Source: Entomortierella parvispora E1425 (lineage: Eukaryota; Fungi; Mortierellomycota). From it: a DNA stretch of 64,000 nt. The notes beneath the pieces were generated by a model. That model was not told the origin of the DNA. It saw only the letters and a program-made list of their open reading frames with translations, and searched no databases. Of the stretch, positions 19,400 through 31,912 are shown in pieces. The stretch lies in the NCBI GenBank assembly GCA_020891255.1, contig BQFW01000001.1:2728001-2792000 (forward strand). Direction: 5' to 3'. Every line of letters begins with the position of its first letter. Position 1 is the first letter of the stretch. The position numbers and the translations under genes were made by a program.

Positions 19400-21061
19400 T
19401 TATACGAGAGAGACGCCAGGTGGACCAGGACTGTAGATGCCAATGTCAATGTCTTTGAGAATCTCTCGACAGGCATTGTCGGCAACATTCTGGACAGAAT
19501 TGAGCTTTCCTTTGAGGGTCTCCAATCTTGACCAGTTCTTCTTCATCCACCAAGCATCCTCCTCTGTCATCATCTGGTTCGTACCAGTCAAGTTCAACGT
19601 TCTCAGATTGTGCCACCCTTTTAGTTTGTCAAGGCCGTTCTTCAGTCCAAACTGCAGATCACGGTGCGTGGTTTGTCGACTGGAGCGTAAAGAATCGAGG
19701 AATATTGTCTCTCCAAGATCGAAATGTTGGATCCGACTCAGGGCTCCCAGGCGTTCAAACATATGCCAGTGACCCGCCTCATATGTAGTAACATCTAACA
19801 CGGTTGTGTAGGCAGCTTCGGGATGGGTTCCATCATGTGTTGTGGCCAAAGTCACGGCGTCCTTTGTCGACGGGCGGGATGGCTGCTCCTTGGCAGGGTT
19901 CATCCATATACCAATATGAAATTTGATCAGACGCAGACAAACCCACGATCGAGGATCCCTTACCACATCATTTTCATGGATATGTCTGGCCGAGAAGGAT
20001 TCGAGAAGTGGCAGACTACACAGTAAATCTTGAACCATAGGGCTTCTGACATGGGTGGCAGAAAAGAGCTCCAACGATTGAAGAGTGGACGCGAGGTGAC
20101 TCAAGAGAAATCTCAAAGTTCCATCACCAGCCCAGTTGGGCGCTGCCTTCAATGACCTCAGAGGTGCAAGACCCGCCTCCGTTCTCGAAAACAAGAATGG
20201 AAAGAGAAGATCACTTTCCTGGGTGGAGGAGTACCCATATTCTACCTTGATGTCGTCCAGTTTCGGGCAATGACTCGCCTGTGCTGCGAAAAAGTCCCCT
20301 AGATTATCTTGAGAGGAACTTTGACGAGGGAACCAGATCAGTGACTCGAGTTCAGGGCACCATTTCAGTAGGGCCAGTTGATCCAAACAGCAAGAGTTGT
20401 CCAAGAGCAGCTCAAGATGCCGGATCTTCGTTGGCCAGAGTCCCTTTTCAAAGGCGGGAGAGTTGTGGCACTGATCAGGGTCACTCGCGTCCCCAATTTC
20501 GACAAAGTGGAGTCGCAACAGGGTCAAGCGGGACCAGGTGGGCCAACACCACTTTCGCCAACTCTGTTGCGTGACCTGAAGTCTGGCCACAGACAAGGAC
20601 CTCAGGAAGGAGCAGGAGGCAATGATCTCCCAAAGAGCATCCGACTCTTGGTCTGTCAATGCGTTTCCTGCAAATTTTTGGTGGAGTTGAAGTCGAACCA
20701 GTGTTTGAGAATGTCGATGGATAAAATCAAAGTAGGTGGCCACATTCACTTGATCCAAAGAAAGGTCCGTCACGGTCGGAAACAAGAGGGTCTGGAAGGG
20801 AGAGTTCGATTCTAAGCAATTGATGCATTTCACAAACGGTGCGTGCTGTGCCAAAGTCGTGAGGGACATTGCTGGACCTGTCGTCTGAAAAATGGAGCTG
20901 GCTCTGACATCGAGTTCGCGCCAGAGAAAGGGAAGGAGGGCGTGCTTCCAGTCGCGACAGACGCGCACACAGACAACCAGCGTGCGACGTGTCAGGAACT
21001 GGGCGATGTGAAGTTTTATCTCGAGCATGTTGAGCGCATGCATTTTTGCTTGCATTGCCAT
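19400..21061 (-). CDS. F-box/RNI-like LRR protein, subfamily A copy 2
   Basis: ALNMLEIKLHIAQFLTRRTLVVCVRVCRDWKHALLPFLWREL, colinear with copies 1 and 3. Start placed at MAMQAK (21061) because the upstream extension is (CCAT)n-derived. Confidence 0.85.
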   Translation of the reverse strand: MAMQAKMHALNMLEIKLHIAQFLTRRTLVVCVRVCRDWKHALLPFLWRELDVRASSIFQTTGPAMSLTTLAQHAPFVKCINCLESNSPFQTLLFPTVTDLSLDQVNVATYFDFIHRHSQTLVRLQLHQKFAGNALTDQESDALWEIIASCSFLRSLSVARLQVTQQSWRKWCWPTWSRLTLLRLHFVEIGDASDPDQCHNSPAFEKGLWPTKIRHLELLLDNSCCLDQLALLKWCPELESLIWFPRQSSSQDNLGDFFAAQASHCPKLDDIKVEYGYSSTQESDLLFPFLFSRTEAGLAPLRSLKAAPNWAGDGTLRFLLSHLASTLQSLELFSATHVRSPMVQDLLCSLPLLESFSARHIHENDVVRDPRSWVCLRLIKFHIGIWMNPAKEQPSRPSTKDAVTLATTHDGTHPEAAYTTVLDVTTYEAGHWHMFERLGALSRIQHFDLGETIFLDSLRSSRQTTHRDLQFGLKNGLDKLKGWHNLRTLNLTGTNQMMTEEDAWWMKKNWSRLETLKGKLNSVQNVADNACREILKDIDIGIYSPGPPGVSLV

Positions 21062-21213
21062 TGTTCTCGATGATGGACTCTGATGGGACGGGATGGATGG
21101 ATGGATGGATGGAGGAATGGATGGAAGAAAACAACGCTCGACCGCGCCTCTGCCACGTTTCACCGGTTTTTTTTTGAAAATATCTGTCTCTGGTGCCGCA
21201 TCAAATCATCCAT

Positions 21214-21400
21214 CCAGGGAGGGTGGGCCCTACAGTCACTATACCACCTCCTCTGTCTGCCTCTTCAGGGACTTTGTGGCGGGGCATCTTGCCTGGTCAC
21301 CATGGTGACCCTCGATAGGACGCAGCTTGGGACAATTGGCCATTCCCGTTGCACTTCTTTTTAGTCGCACTCAACGGTTCATCCGCTCAAGAAAACTCGA
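21214..21400 (-). pseudogene. Decayed copy of the 3' coding end of the 23318-25979 F-box gene
   Basis: Shares ordered exact blocks with 23396-23577 (cctcctctgtct, cagggacttt, ccctcgata, caattggcca, tcatccgctcaa). Its minus-strand translation has a stop and frameshifts. Confidence 0.8.
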
Positions 21401-21503
21401 TCATACTGACCCTGATTGACAGGATGAAGTTCAACTCCAAAGTTCACCAAGCATCCAGGGATATTTTACAAAGAAAAGCAGAACAATGGAGAATGGGTTT
21501 ATT

Positions 21504-23198
21504 TTATACGAGAATTACGCCAGGGGGGTCAGGATTGCGAATGAAAGCGCCAACGTCTTTCAAGATCGCTCGACAGGCGTTGTCGGTGTCACTCTGGACA
21601 GAATTGAGACTTCCATAGATGGTCTCCAATCTCGGCCAGTTCACCTTCATCCATAAAGCATCCTCCTCCGTCAACTTTTGGTCCGTGTCGACCAAGCCCA
21701 AAACTCTCAGATCGCGCCACCCTTTTAATCTGTCGAGACCGTTTTTCAGTCCTATGTGTAGTTTGCAAGCTTTGTGATGCTTTCGACTGATAGGTACTAT
21801 ACCAAAGGCCTGTGGCGGCATGAGGTCAAAGTGTTGGATGCGGATTAGTGCCCCTAAACGCTCAAACAACTCTCGGCCTGCTGATTCATCGGCAAACACA
21901 TCCGTAGTGGATGTGAAGGCTGCCGACAGATGAGTGGCCTCATCTACGGTAGCCAAGGTCGAAACCGTCATTTGTGTTTCTGTCAGTGACGATGGTGATA
22001 GCTGCTGAGTAGGACCACCCATGCAGATGGTGACATGGAACTTGACCAGACGCGGACACGCCCAAGGCCGAGGATCCCCTACGATGTCTTCTTCAGAGAG
22101 ATATCTGGCCGAAAAAGATTCGATAACAGGAAGGCTACAAAGAAAATCTTGGACCATGGAACTCTCGACTCTGGGAACACAACGCAAATCCAGGGATTGT
22201 AGGGTAGACGCGTGATGACTCAGGAGTATCTTTGATGATCTATCACCGATCCATGGGTGTCCCGCCTGGAGTTTCTTTAAGGGCGACGCTCCTCGTGCTG
22301 TTTTCTCTTGCAGAAACGGAAAGAGAGGGTCGATATTAGAGGACGGGATGTGCCCGATGTGCCCAATGACAATGTTGACACTGTTCAGTTTAGGGCAATG
22401 CCTCGCTTGAGCGACAAGTAACTCGTCTACATTATGAGAGGTTCTCCGACGAGGGAACCAGACCAATGACTCGAGTTCAGGGCATCTTTTCAGCAAGGCC
22501 AGCTGATCCAAACAGCAGGTATTGTCCAAAAACAACTCGAGATGTCTGATCGTCGTAGGCAAGAATTCCTTTTCGAAAGCAGGACAGTTGCGGCACTGAT
22601 CAGGGTTGCTCCCGTTCCCAATGTTGACTAGGTGGAGTCTTAATGTTGTCAATTGAGACCAAACTGGCCAGCACCACTTTTGCCAACTCTTTTGCGTGAT
22701 CTGGACTTTGGCCACAGACAGGGACTTCAAGGACGAACAGGAGGCAACGATCTCCCATAGAGCATCCCACTCTTGGTCTGTCCATGTACTCCCCACTCTG
22801 TTGAATTGTAGACGAACGAGTGTTTGAGAATGTCGATGGATAAAGTCAAACCAGGTGACTAGATTTACTTGATGCAAAAAAAGGTCCGTTATGGCCGGAA
22901 ATGTCAGGGCCTGGAAAGAGAAGTTTGGTTCCGAACATCTGATGGATTTCACAAACTCTGCATGCTGTGTCAGGGTTGCGAGGGTTATTACTGGATTTTT
23001 CACATGACAAAAGGAGTTGAATTGGACGTTGAGTTCGCGCCAGAGAAAGGGAAGGAGGGCGTGCTTCCAGTCGCGACAGACGCGCACACAGACAACCAGC
23101 GTGGGACGTGTCAGGAACTGTGCGATGTGAAGTTTTATCTCGGGCATGTCGAGTGCGCGCAGTGTTGCAGCCATTGATCCCTGATGAAAGGATGGCAT
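21504..23198 (-). CDS. F-box/RNI-like LRR protein, subfamily A copy 3
   Basis: ALDMPEIKLHIAQFLTRPTLVVCVRVCRDWKHALLPFLWREL, colinear with copies 1 and 2. Start is 23198 or 23174. Confidence 0.85.
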   Translation of the reverse strand: MPSFHQGSMAATLRALDMPEIKLHIAQFLTRPTLVVCVRVCRDWKHALLPFLWRELNVQFNSFCHVKNPVITLATLTQHAEFVKSIRCSEPNFSFQALTFPAITDLFLHQVNLVTWFDFIHRHSQTLVRLQFNRVGSTWTDQEWDALWEIVASCSSLKSLSVAKVQITQKSWQKWCWPVWSQLTTLRLHLVNIGNGSNPDQCRNCPAFEKEFLPTTIRHLELFLDNTCCLDQLALLKRCPELESLVWFPRRRTSHNVDELLVAQARHCPKLNSVNIVIGHIGHIPSSNIDPLFPFLQEKTARGASPLKKLQAGHPWIGDRSSKILLSHHASTLQSLDLRCVPRVESSMVQDFLCSLPVIESFSARYLSEEDIVGDPRPWACPRLVKFHVTICMGGPTQQLSPSSLTETQMTVSTLATVDEATHLSAAFTSTTDVFADESAGRELFERLGALIRIQHFDLMPPQAFGIVPISRKHHKACKLHIGLKNGLDRLKGWRDLRVLGLVDTDQKLTEEDALWMKVNWPRLETIYGSLNSVQSDTDNACRAILKDVGAFIRNPDPPGVILV

Positions 23199-23317
23199 CT
23201 GATGAATGGAAAGATGGATGAAGTGGATGAGGGAAGGATGATAAAAAAAAGACAATGAGATGGGCGGATGGACAACTTTCGCCTTTTGGGCGCTTTTTAT
23301 TTTCTTGCTCTTTCAAC

Positions 23318-25979
23318 CTAATACCATATCATGTGGTAGTCCTTGCTTGTCCACGATCCTTGGCGCATGTTGTCTGGCGACCAGCCCAACTCGATCCAAG
23401 GGCAGTGCTCCTGCAGCCACTGCACAGCCTCCTCTGTCTCTCCAGGGACTTTACATCGGGCGTCTCCCATGTGCGCCAGGCCCTCGATACGACGTAGCTT
23501 GGGCCAATTGGCCACCATCCATTGCACCTCTCTCAATCGCACGCGATGACTCATCCGCTCAATGCCCAGGACTTCGAGATCCTTCAGACCTGCCAGGTGT
23601 TCGAGGCCCGCGTCCAGGGACAGTGATAAACACGAATACTGGTATCCTGTGTCATGGAACATGAGCGGGAGATCATTTGGCAAACCCTCTTCCCAGTAAA
23701 AGTCATTGTCCGAGTACTCGCTGTCGCTGTCGTCGTCGTCTTCTTCGTCGTATTCCTCGGGTCTCTCCTCGTCGCCATCCTCATTCTTTTCGCCTTTACC
23801 ACTGACATCCTCGCTTTCCCGGTTCACCGACCCGTATTCATTGTCGTCATTCGCCTCCCCTGCCTTCACTGGCCAGTCGATGCCCAGATCCCGAAGTCGA
23901 TCCTCCGGGATATCACGATAAAACGAGAGGTCCTTCCACTTGCGATCGTCAATACCCAGGATCAACTTTTTCAACCTTTTCATCTTGCCCAGTCGTCGAC
24001 AAATCTCTCGCTCTACTTGTACGGCCACGTAGGGCTCTTTGTACTCCTCATGGGCCAAGGTGCCGTTCCGAAGACGGCTCAACTGACCTCCATACTGGCT
24101 CCTTGTCAGATCCGGTCTGGGTACATTCTTGATCATGATCTGCAGAACCTCCAAGCTGTCATGGCAAGCCCAGCTGTTCAGATCGACACATTGACGTTCG
24201 CTGTTGTCATAGTTGTTCTCGTTCAAGAAAATCCACCCTCTGTTTCCGGGGTGAACGGCAGCCTTCTCAGTCCAGGTTGACCAGAACCGATCGATTTCAT
24301 GCAATGGCAACAAGAGATCCTGGGCATCCAAGGCCACGTTCAGATACGGATCATCAAACTCCTGTATCGGATCGTTGTTGTCTTCGATCCCGAGTAGACA
24401 TTTCAAGCGAGGCGATGTTCGAAATATCCGCGCCAGATCTCGCGAAGGGAAACCGTCCGAGAGCTTCAAGGTCAAACTCTCGAGGGTCGACACATGCTTT
24501 AGAATGGCAGCGCTGGTCCGTACATAAGAATCCTCAATGCGCGTCAAGGTAAGGTTCCTCCAGCCGGATGGACTTGAAAAAGAAGGATGGACCCATGATT
24601 CTGTCGAGTGGAGGTCATCAGAAGACGATGTCAGGGACAAAAGTTCGGCCAAATCCTCATCGTCCCACACTTTGGACGTGGTAAAGTTGGAGAGCGACTG
24701 TAGAGCAGACCCTGCTCGAGGCCCGGTTCCTTGAGACCGATCGAGTAATTGTGCTAGTTCCTTGACTCCAAACCATTCAGTCGGCTGAACGCCTGTCACA
24801 AAGAGGCATCCCTCGAGATCCATATCCATGGTCAAGGATTCAAGTGTGGGACGACACCGCTGAATCAATCGCTCCAGCTCTTGCAAGAAATAAGCTGGTC
24901 TCACTAGCTGAGTCCCTGCATCATTGACAACAAAAGTCGAGCCAATGGAGCATCCATCCAATCCAGGCCGCGGTAAGGGATAACATCCAGACAGGCCCAA
25001 GGCCTTGAGTGAAAGCGGTAACATCGGTCTTGTTGCATCTTCCTCTTCATCCAGATCCATTTGACGATCGCGTTCGTTGTCATATCTTTCCATCTCAGTC
25101 ATTGCTTCATCAAACGTCAAAGACCGAGCTTCTATCTCCTGGAACTCAAGACCTGAGGTCCCATCCATGATATCGCAGGATGTTCCACTTTTGATCGTCA
25201 TGAACAATTCCTGAAGGACATGTGGAAGGTTTCTTAGAAGCCAGAACAAGGGATTGTTCCGATCATTTTTGATAAGGTCGACCGTTATCTTCAGCGTCTT
25301 CAGCGCATGCCCGAGATCTACATTTTCACGATCAGGGTTAGCGGCAATCCATGTCTTCTCCTATCTATTTTTTTTTTTTTTTTTTTTTACCATGTGCGAT
25401 CAACGAACTCAAGAAGTGCCGTTTGTAGTACCACTCGGATGTAATCGGCCAATTCACGCAGTTGAATATCTCCAGTCCTGGGTTGTTTTTCATCATCAGC
25501 AGCAGGCGTGGCGGCAACGGTTTGAACCAGGCAAGATTATCGCCTCGGCCCCCCTGAGGATAAACCTCTAGTAATACTCTACTCAGCATGGGGGAACTAA
25601 AGTTCAGTTCGACAAGGTGTCTGACGTAAGGCCGTCCAGGTCGTCTTGGAGCGTCTTCTTCTCCTTCCCTTTCCTCTTCTACTTCCTTTCGTCCTCGGTC
25701 CTCTTCTTCTTTCCCCTCTTGCAAGAACGGTTCCAGCGCATCGAAGGACTGGACGCTCAACTTTCGAATAAAGGATCCGTACTTTCGAACACCCTCCCAA
25801 AACGCCTTGTCCTTGAATGCGTGCCTGTACTTGTTCCTGCGAAGTAGAGCCACCTCGTTCCAGAGAACTGGACTCAACAGATTGTTCCATGCTTTACAGG
25901 CTCGGTTCGCGGACAGGAGCGCCTTTCGATCCAAATCAGAAACAATGACCAAAAAGAGCTCGGGCGGCAGGTTCTCCAT
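23318..25979 (-). CDS. F-box/LRR-like protein, subfamily C; exons 25979-25391 and 25317-23318
   Basis: MENLPPELFLVIVSDLDRKALLSANRACKAWNNL (F-box). A 73-nt intron (GTAAAA..GCTAAC..TGTAG) joins the two ORFs in frame. C-terminal LSLSLDAGLEHLAGLKDLEVL...VQWMVANWPKL. Confidence 0.85.
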
Positions 25980-26034
25980 TTGCTCGTTTTGTGTGTGGAA
26001 GGGGGGCAGAAGAGGAGAAAGAGGAAACGGAAAA

Positions 26035-26075
<41 letters not shown>

Positions 26076-26708
26076 AAAGGGAGGCGTGAGCGGCTGTGCA
26101 TCTGTCCAGGTTCAGTCCCACTCGACACTCCTGTCCTCCCATTTTGAAGACAACAACAAATAAAAACGAGCTTGTTGATTGCGTTCGTCGCATGTTGCGG
26201 ACATCATTGGTGAACCCATATGTGAGTCCCTGGTATGATTTATTTGTTTGCTACAATGTAGTGGAACATACTTTTTGATATGGTATACAAGGAAGGAGAG
26301 TAGAAGTACAAGACTAGACGACAAGGAAAAAATAGCAAGGGAAAAGCAATGCAATGTGGGCTAGGTAATGGTACAATCGATTGTACAAAGCTGCTGTGGA
26401 GAGTGTGTTGTTGGTACAAACATGCAGGTGCGGTGGGATTGTTGCTGCTGTTTCTGTTGCGGTGGTTGCTTTTTTTTTTTTTTTGGTCTTTTTTCTTGTA
26501 AAGAGTACTGGATGTCTTTCTTCGCTCCTTGGAGTTTTTTGTTGTCAAACACCCCTTGAGGTTCTCGTTCCCGATATGTTCGCCTCTGCTCATTCGCCTT
26601 GAAAACGTCTTCTTCCTCATCTTCCACCATAGTGTCGCAAAAAAATAATAAATAGGTGAAAAAAAAAAAAGCAATAGTGTACAAATGGATCCCTGAACCT
26701 CTGACGCC

Positions 26709-29700
26709 TCAGTCAAACGAAATGCCGAACGGCAACAGCCACTCGCTATCCAGTTCTACAACGACCCTTCCGGGTCCTCGCATCTCCGCCAATTGAATAC
26801 TGAGTCGCTGTTCCCGTCCTGGTTGAATCATACCAAAGCTTGGAGTGACAGTAACGCCTGCTGGCCGAAGGACCTCAAACTGCATGCTGCGACGAGATCG
26901 GTTGAAGAGAGTCACGGACGAGTTCACCACCCCGACAACATCGGACGAGAATCGAAGCTCCTTGGGTCGGATTTGGGCTGGACATTCGTTTCTGGAGATG
27001 TCTGTTGACTTTGTGGATGGGCTGCGGGGCTGAATGTCGCGCCGCTGTTGTTGTTGGTAACCAGATCGGAGTGGATGATGATAATCGTCCTCTTCCATGA
27101 TCAGGCTTCCGTCCTGGGCTTGCTTGAAGCGATGAGCGTATTGGTTTGACCCTACATATTGCTGTGTGCGGCCCGAAACAGCGCCGTTGTATTTGGATCC
27201 GTAGCCGACAGGAACGTCATCATCGTAAAACTCGACACTCTGTCCGCTGCTTCCACTGTGATGTCGGTCGCCCGAGACACTGACACGCTTGCTAGACATC
27301 AGGGGTCGAGATGCTGCCTGGCTCAATCTGCCGAGAATGTTTCCAAAAAACTGACGACGATGAGGCGATATGTTCCGCTCCGGGCTGCTGGATGGACTGC
27401 TCTCTATATAAGAGTCTGCACGGCCAAACATTGGCTTCCTGACACTGCCATTTGCATGGTTGGAGGTCGCCTTTTCATCCACAGATGTTCGGACATCCTT
27501 GCGATCGCGAGAGCGTCCAGAGGCCGATGTTTGCTGCACTGGAGGTGACACTTGGTGAGTTGAGCGAGTGGTTACAGTCGGAGAAGAAACTGTTGCCGAT
27601 TGACCCTGGAACTCCTGTCGAAGCTCTACCATATCCTGGCGGACCTTGGCCAATTGCCTGCAAGATTCCTCAAAAGTAGAGACGATACGGTCCTGACCGC
27701 CAAAGAGGGATGATCGTTTGGATCCCAGCCCTCCTGCAGAACGGGGTGAAATGGGTGCAGTAGACAGACTGTCGCTTGAACGCCGACTCGATGCTTTTCT
27801 CTCCCGCACCAAGGCAGATTCCTCCGTCTGAACATGAACCGAAAGCTTTTTGGGTCTAGACAGTCTCCGGTCTTCTTCAGCACGTTCTCGTTCTTCCCGA
27901 GCTTTCTGTGTCGTAGCTTCAACACGCCTTCTGATCTCTTCCTCTTCGCGTCGTCGTTCCGCCGCCTCCTCAGCACGCTGTTTCTCCAAGGCACGAGCAG
28001 CCTCTGCACGTTTAGCATCCGCTGCACGAGCCATCTCTGCTGACCTGCGCGATTCCAAAGCATGCTCTGCTTCCCGAGCCTCTTCCGCTTCAATAGCCAT
28101 GAGCTCCTGTTGCAAACGCAGCTTGCGTTCATATGAAGAGCGGCGTTCGAGATCATCAGGGCGACGCTCGAAGGTTTGCATCCTCGTCGATCCTGATTGA
28201 AGAGGGCTGGGGGATACAACTGAGCGTGGTGCAACCTTTGGTGGTGAGGGCGAAGATACAGCTCGAGCCTCAGTCCTGACGGGCGTTTTGACTCGCTCCT
28301 CCATCCTTGGTGGTGAGAGAGGAGTCATCGATCGCACTGCAATTCTTGGTGGCGAAGGGGGAGATTTGGCACGAGCTGCTGAAACTCTGGGTGGTGGGAT
28401 CGAGGAAGCGCGGGTATTGTTGGTATTGTTTGCAGAGGCGGAGGAAATTCGCGTTGTAGGAAGCGTCGACACTCGTGAGGGACTGGGACTAGCGAGTGCT
28501 CGCTGACTGGCGACTTGAGATACGGTGGCTGGTCCTTGAACAGGGACTGCGGTCATTGACTGCCGGTCTGGGGCACCATTGAGCTTTGACGGGATGCGCG
28601 AGGGAGGCTTGAGCATGGAAGGAGGTCGAATGCCACTGTTGGAGGGAGCAGCAGGTGCAGCCTTGGCAGCATTCGCACTCTCTTGCTTTTCTCTCATCAG
28701 CTCCTTGGCTACTTTGGCTGCAAAGATGGCTCCAGGGCTCTCCTCTGGATGCGAGTCGTACTCTTGTTCTTTCCAGAGACCATCCAGGATACTTCCTGTG
28801 GCCTTGGCAGGCTTGGATGCGGCCACCTTTGGCGGTTGGATTTGCTGGGCTGGACGCGAGGGACTTGAGAGTCTTGCAGAGACTTGGGGTGGACGGAGAC
28901 TAGAGCTGGCAGGAACTACAGGCGCAGGTGTACGAGATGGAGTGGGAGACTCTGCGGGGGGGACATCCGGAGCACTCGATGCTGGGCGCGGGGTGGGTGC
29001 TGCGATTCTGCTGACGATGGTCGACTGAAGAGCCAAGGGGACCTTCTGCTTCAGGGCAGATCCGGGGACGGGCAGTCGTGAACCAGGGGGAGGGGCGAGG
29101 ACACGGGGCTTGCGCGGGATGTTATTCTATAAAGCCATTGAAGTGAAGATGTTAGAGAAGAGATCGAAAGAGTGGACAGACATATCCTTTCCAGTTATTT
29201 GCAGAGATAGGGACTTACTCCAAGGATCATGTTTCCCATGGCACCACCGTTGAGGTCAAGCATTGCGTAGAACTGCTCTTCCTCCTCGTCTTCCTCATCG
29301 TGAAAGATGTCGTCTTCTATCGAGCCATCTTCCTCCTCGTCGTCAAGCTCGTCATCGTGATGCTGGTACCCCATGAGCCCCGTCACGTCACTGCCAGACC
29401 GCTCCGAATCAATGGCTCCCCTGGATCCAAAGAGTGCCTCATACTCTCGTTTCAGTGCTAGAGCAGAGTCTGAGAGGTCAGACTCGCCTTCCTGGCGGAT
29501 CAGACTACCATCCGCCTCCTCTTCCTCTGCCCTCTGCTGCTCTTCTTGCTGCTGATCCCTTCGCTCTTCCCAATCACGGCCTTTGCCCGTCAAGGAAGAG
29601 AGGTGGAAATCATGCGTCTCGTGGAGCGGACCGAGGATGTCGGTGGGCTTGAGGTTAGCAAGCAATTGCTTGTGAATCTCCTCTTCCCGTTCCATTTCCT

Positions 29701-30029
29701 CTTGACCCTCCACATACAAGTCCTCCAAGGCCAGGTCTCGACGCGGTGCCTGATCGATCGGGCGAGAGTGTATCCGTTGATGAGCCACGCTCATCGAAGG
29801 CAGCTCTGACAGTTCGGCGATTGTGGAAAGTCTAGCTTGCATCTCTAGCTGATCTTCCTCATACATGTATGGTGAGAGGCTATTCGGTGGATGAAGGTGC
29901 GGTGGATGTTGATGCTGTTGTTGATGTGTATAAGCTGCATCCTCCTCGTGTTCTGGGTACCAGTCCTGCTCGACCTCGAGATATCGAGCATGCAGCCCCT
30001 CTTCCTCGCCGACATTGTTGGATCGGTGT

Positions 30030-30065
<36 letters not shown>

Positions 30066-30450
30066 AACAACTGTCATTAGATACCAGCAAAATGAGTGGT
30101 TGGTAGGATGGAGCGTTGATATGAGAATGACACACGGTCGAAAGAGAGAGAGGATGGTTGAATGAGTATCGAGCGTGGGTATCACACAGGGTGGTTTGAA
30201 AGAGTATTCCAGACAGACCCATGTCAAGGAGGACACGCCAATCAACGCGCGTGTGGGGATGAAAAAGGGATTGTGGGAGTCTACTGAGATATCGATATCG
30301 ACCGTGTGGCGAACACGCGCGTGAACGGCGAGGATGAAGGGAGAGAAGGACAAGGAGGGAAAAGGCGCTTGTGTGTGAATGGAATCGTGCTTTACATACC
30401 TGTCGCTGTTGCTGTTGTTGTTGCTGCTGGTGGAGCTGTTGCTCCCGTTC

Positions 30451-30486
<36 letters not shown>

Positions 30487-30762
30487 CTCTTGTGCACGAT
30501 GGTGCTGCTCCGCATTGTCCTTTTCATCGCTGTGCTCAGGATCACGTCTGCTGTGGTCCTGGTTCTCATTTTCGTGGTCCTCATCGGAGGAGAGGTAGCT
30601 GCCCTCATCGTCATCGTCATCGTCATCGGAATAGTCTTCTGTTCCTGAGAGAACACTGGGCGAGAAGTTGCGCCGGGGCAGGATCGCCGAGGCGTCGCAT
30701 TCGAAGGGCTCCGCGGGCTGCTCAAACGAGTCATCATAGTAGATGGGCCTGCGAGCCATCAT
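26709..30762 (-). CDS. Large low-complexity/coiled-coil protein (~1210 aa) with a C-terminal PapD/MSP/ASH-like Ig-fold domain; exons 30762-30400, 30070-29219, 29126-26709
   Basis: Both introns are canonical (GTATGT..CTAAT..CAG; GTAAGT..CTAAC..TAG) and preserve frame. Poly-Q and acidic N-half, E/R/A-rich coiled coil, C-terminal KELRF...VTLFN...QFEV...VTVTPSFGMIQPG. Confidence 0.75.
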
Positions 30763-31912
30763 GATGACAAGGGAATATGAATGTGGGAAGCTGAAAGGAA
30801 GGGAGAGAAGGCAAGGAAGACGGAAGTGAAGGGAGGGGGAGAGGGATAGACAGGGATAGACAGGGATAGACAGGGACAGTCAGGCTCTTGTGTCTTCGCG
30901 TGGGATGAGAGATTGCTGTCTGTGGGTCAACGAGATGAGGGACAAAGGGACGAGTGCAGTGCGAAGGTGAAAAAATGAAAAAAAGAGTGGAGAGAAGGGT
31001 GTCAAGGTGAAGGTGGACACACAGAGAGCAAAGAGAGCGTGAAGGGGAAAGTGGAGGTGAAAGTGAAAGTGAATAAAATAAAACCCAAGAGGACGCAAAA
31101 AAGGAGTCTGGTACCCTCTCTTGACCTTTCTTTTCCTCGGGGTCACCATGAGAAGAAACGTTCCTTGCCTTGCCTTGTCTGCCTGTGCCCCCTTTCTCTC
31201 TCTTCTCTCTTTTTCTCTTTGCGCTCTTTTTCTTTTGTGTGTGTGTATGTGTGTATTTGTCTGTGTATGTATGTCGGAGGAGGAGGGAGGGGGGGAACGA
31301 AGAGCCGCATGGTGGGCTTGTTGTTTTTTTTCGTTGTTTTTTTTTTTTTTCTTTTTGGGTTTGTTTGTGTTTGTGCTCCCAATTGCAAATGCATGACAAG
31401 CACGCTCTCTCATCTCTCTCTCTCTCTTTCTCTCGCTCGTCTGTTTGCACGCACCCGTCATTTCTTTGGTCTCCCCCAACGAACGTGCTCTCATGCGCAA
31501 CCCTCCGCCCTCTGTCTCTCTGCTTACGGCGCTTGGTCCCAGGGGACCTGGACTGTGGGCAGAGAGTTGCTTACATTATTGTTGGCTCAGTTCATAGTAA
31601 TATTAATACTTTCTGACATGGCACGGCGGATCGCTCTACCTCCTCCTTCTCCTCGTCTCGCTCTCGGATCCCATCGGGGGATCAATTGCTAGCTGTCGCA
31701 GCCTGAGGCTGCGACCCTGCAACCCTGCAGCTGAAGGAAAGATGGACTTTTAGAGCCTCACATACACACACACACACACACTCTCTCTCTCTCTCTCGCA
31801 GTAGTAACAGATGCTTTCCTCCACAACCAGAGGAAAAAGGAATCTTCGCTGGGGACTTTTTTTTTTTTTTTTTTATCTTTGTAAAGTCAGACTAGCTCCT
31901 TGTCAGCTCACT

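Noticed and set aside
26361-26684. 107-aa minus-strand ORF downstream of the PapD-like gene
   Set aside because: Composition is driven by poly-A and CAA runs, there is no motif, and it is probably 3' UTR or intergenic.
29869-30764. Poly-Cys, poly-Leu and poly-Ala/Val ORFs (also at 53532-53827)
   Set aside because: These are alternative-frame and antisense readings of poly-Gln CAG/CAA tracts in real genes.
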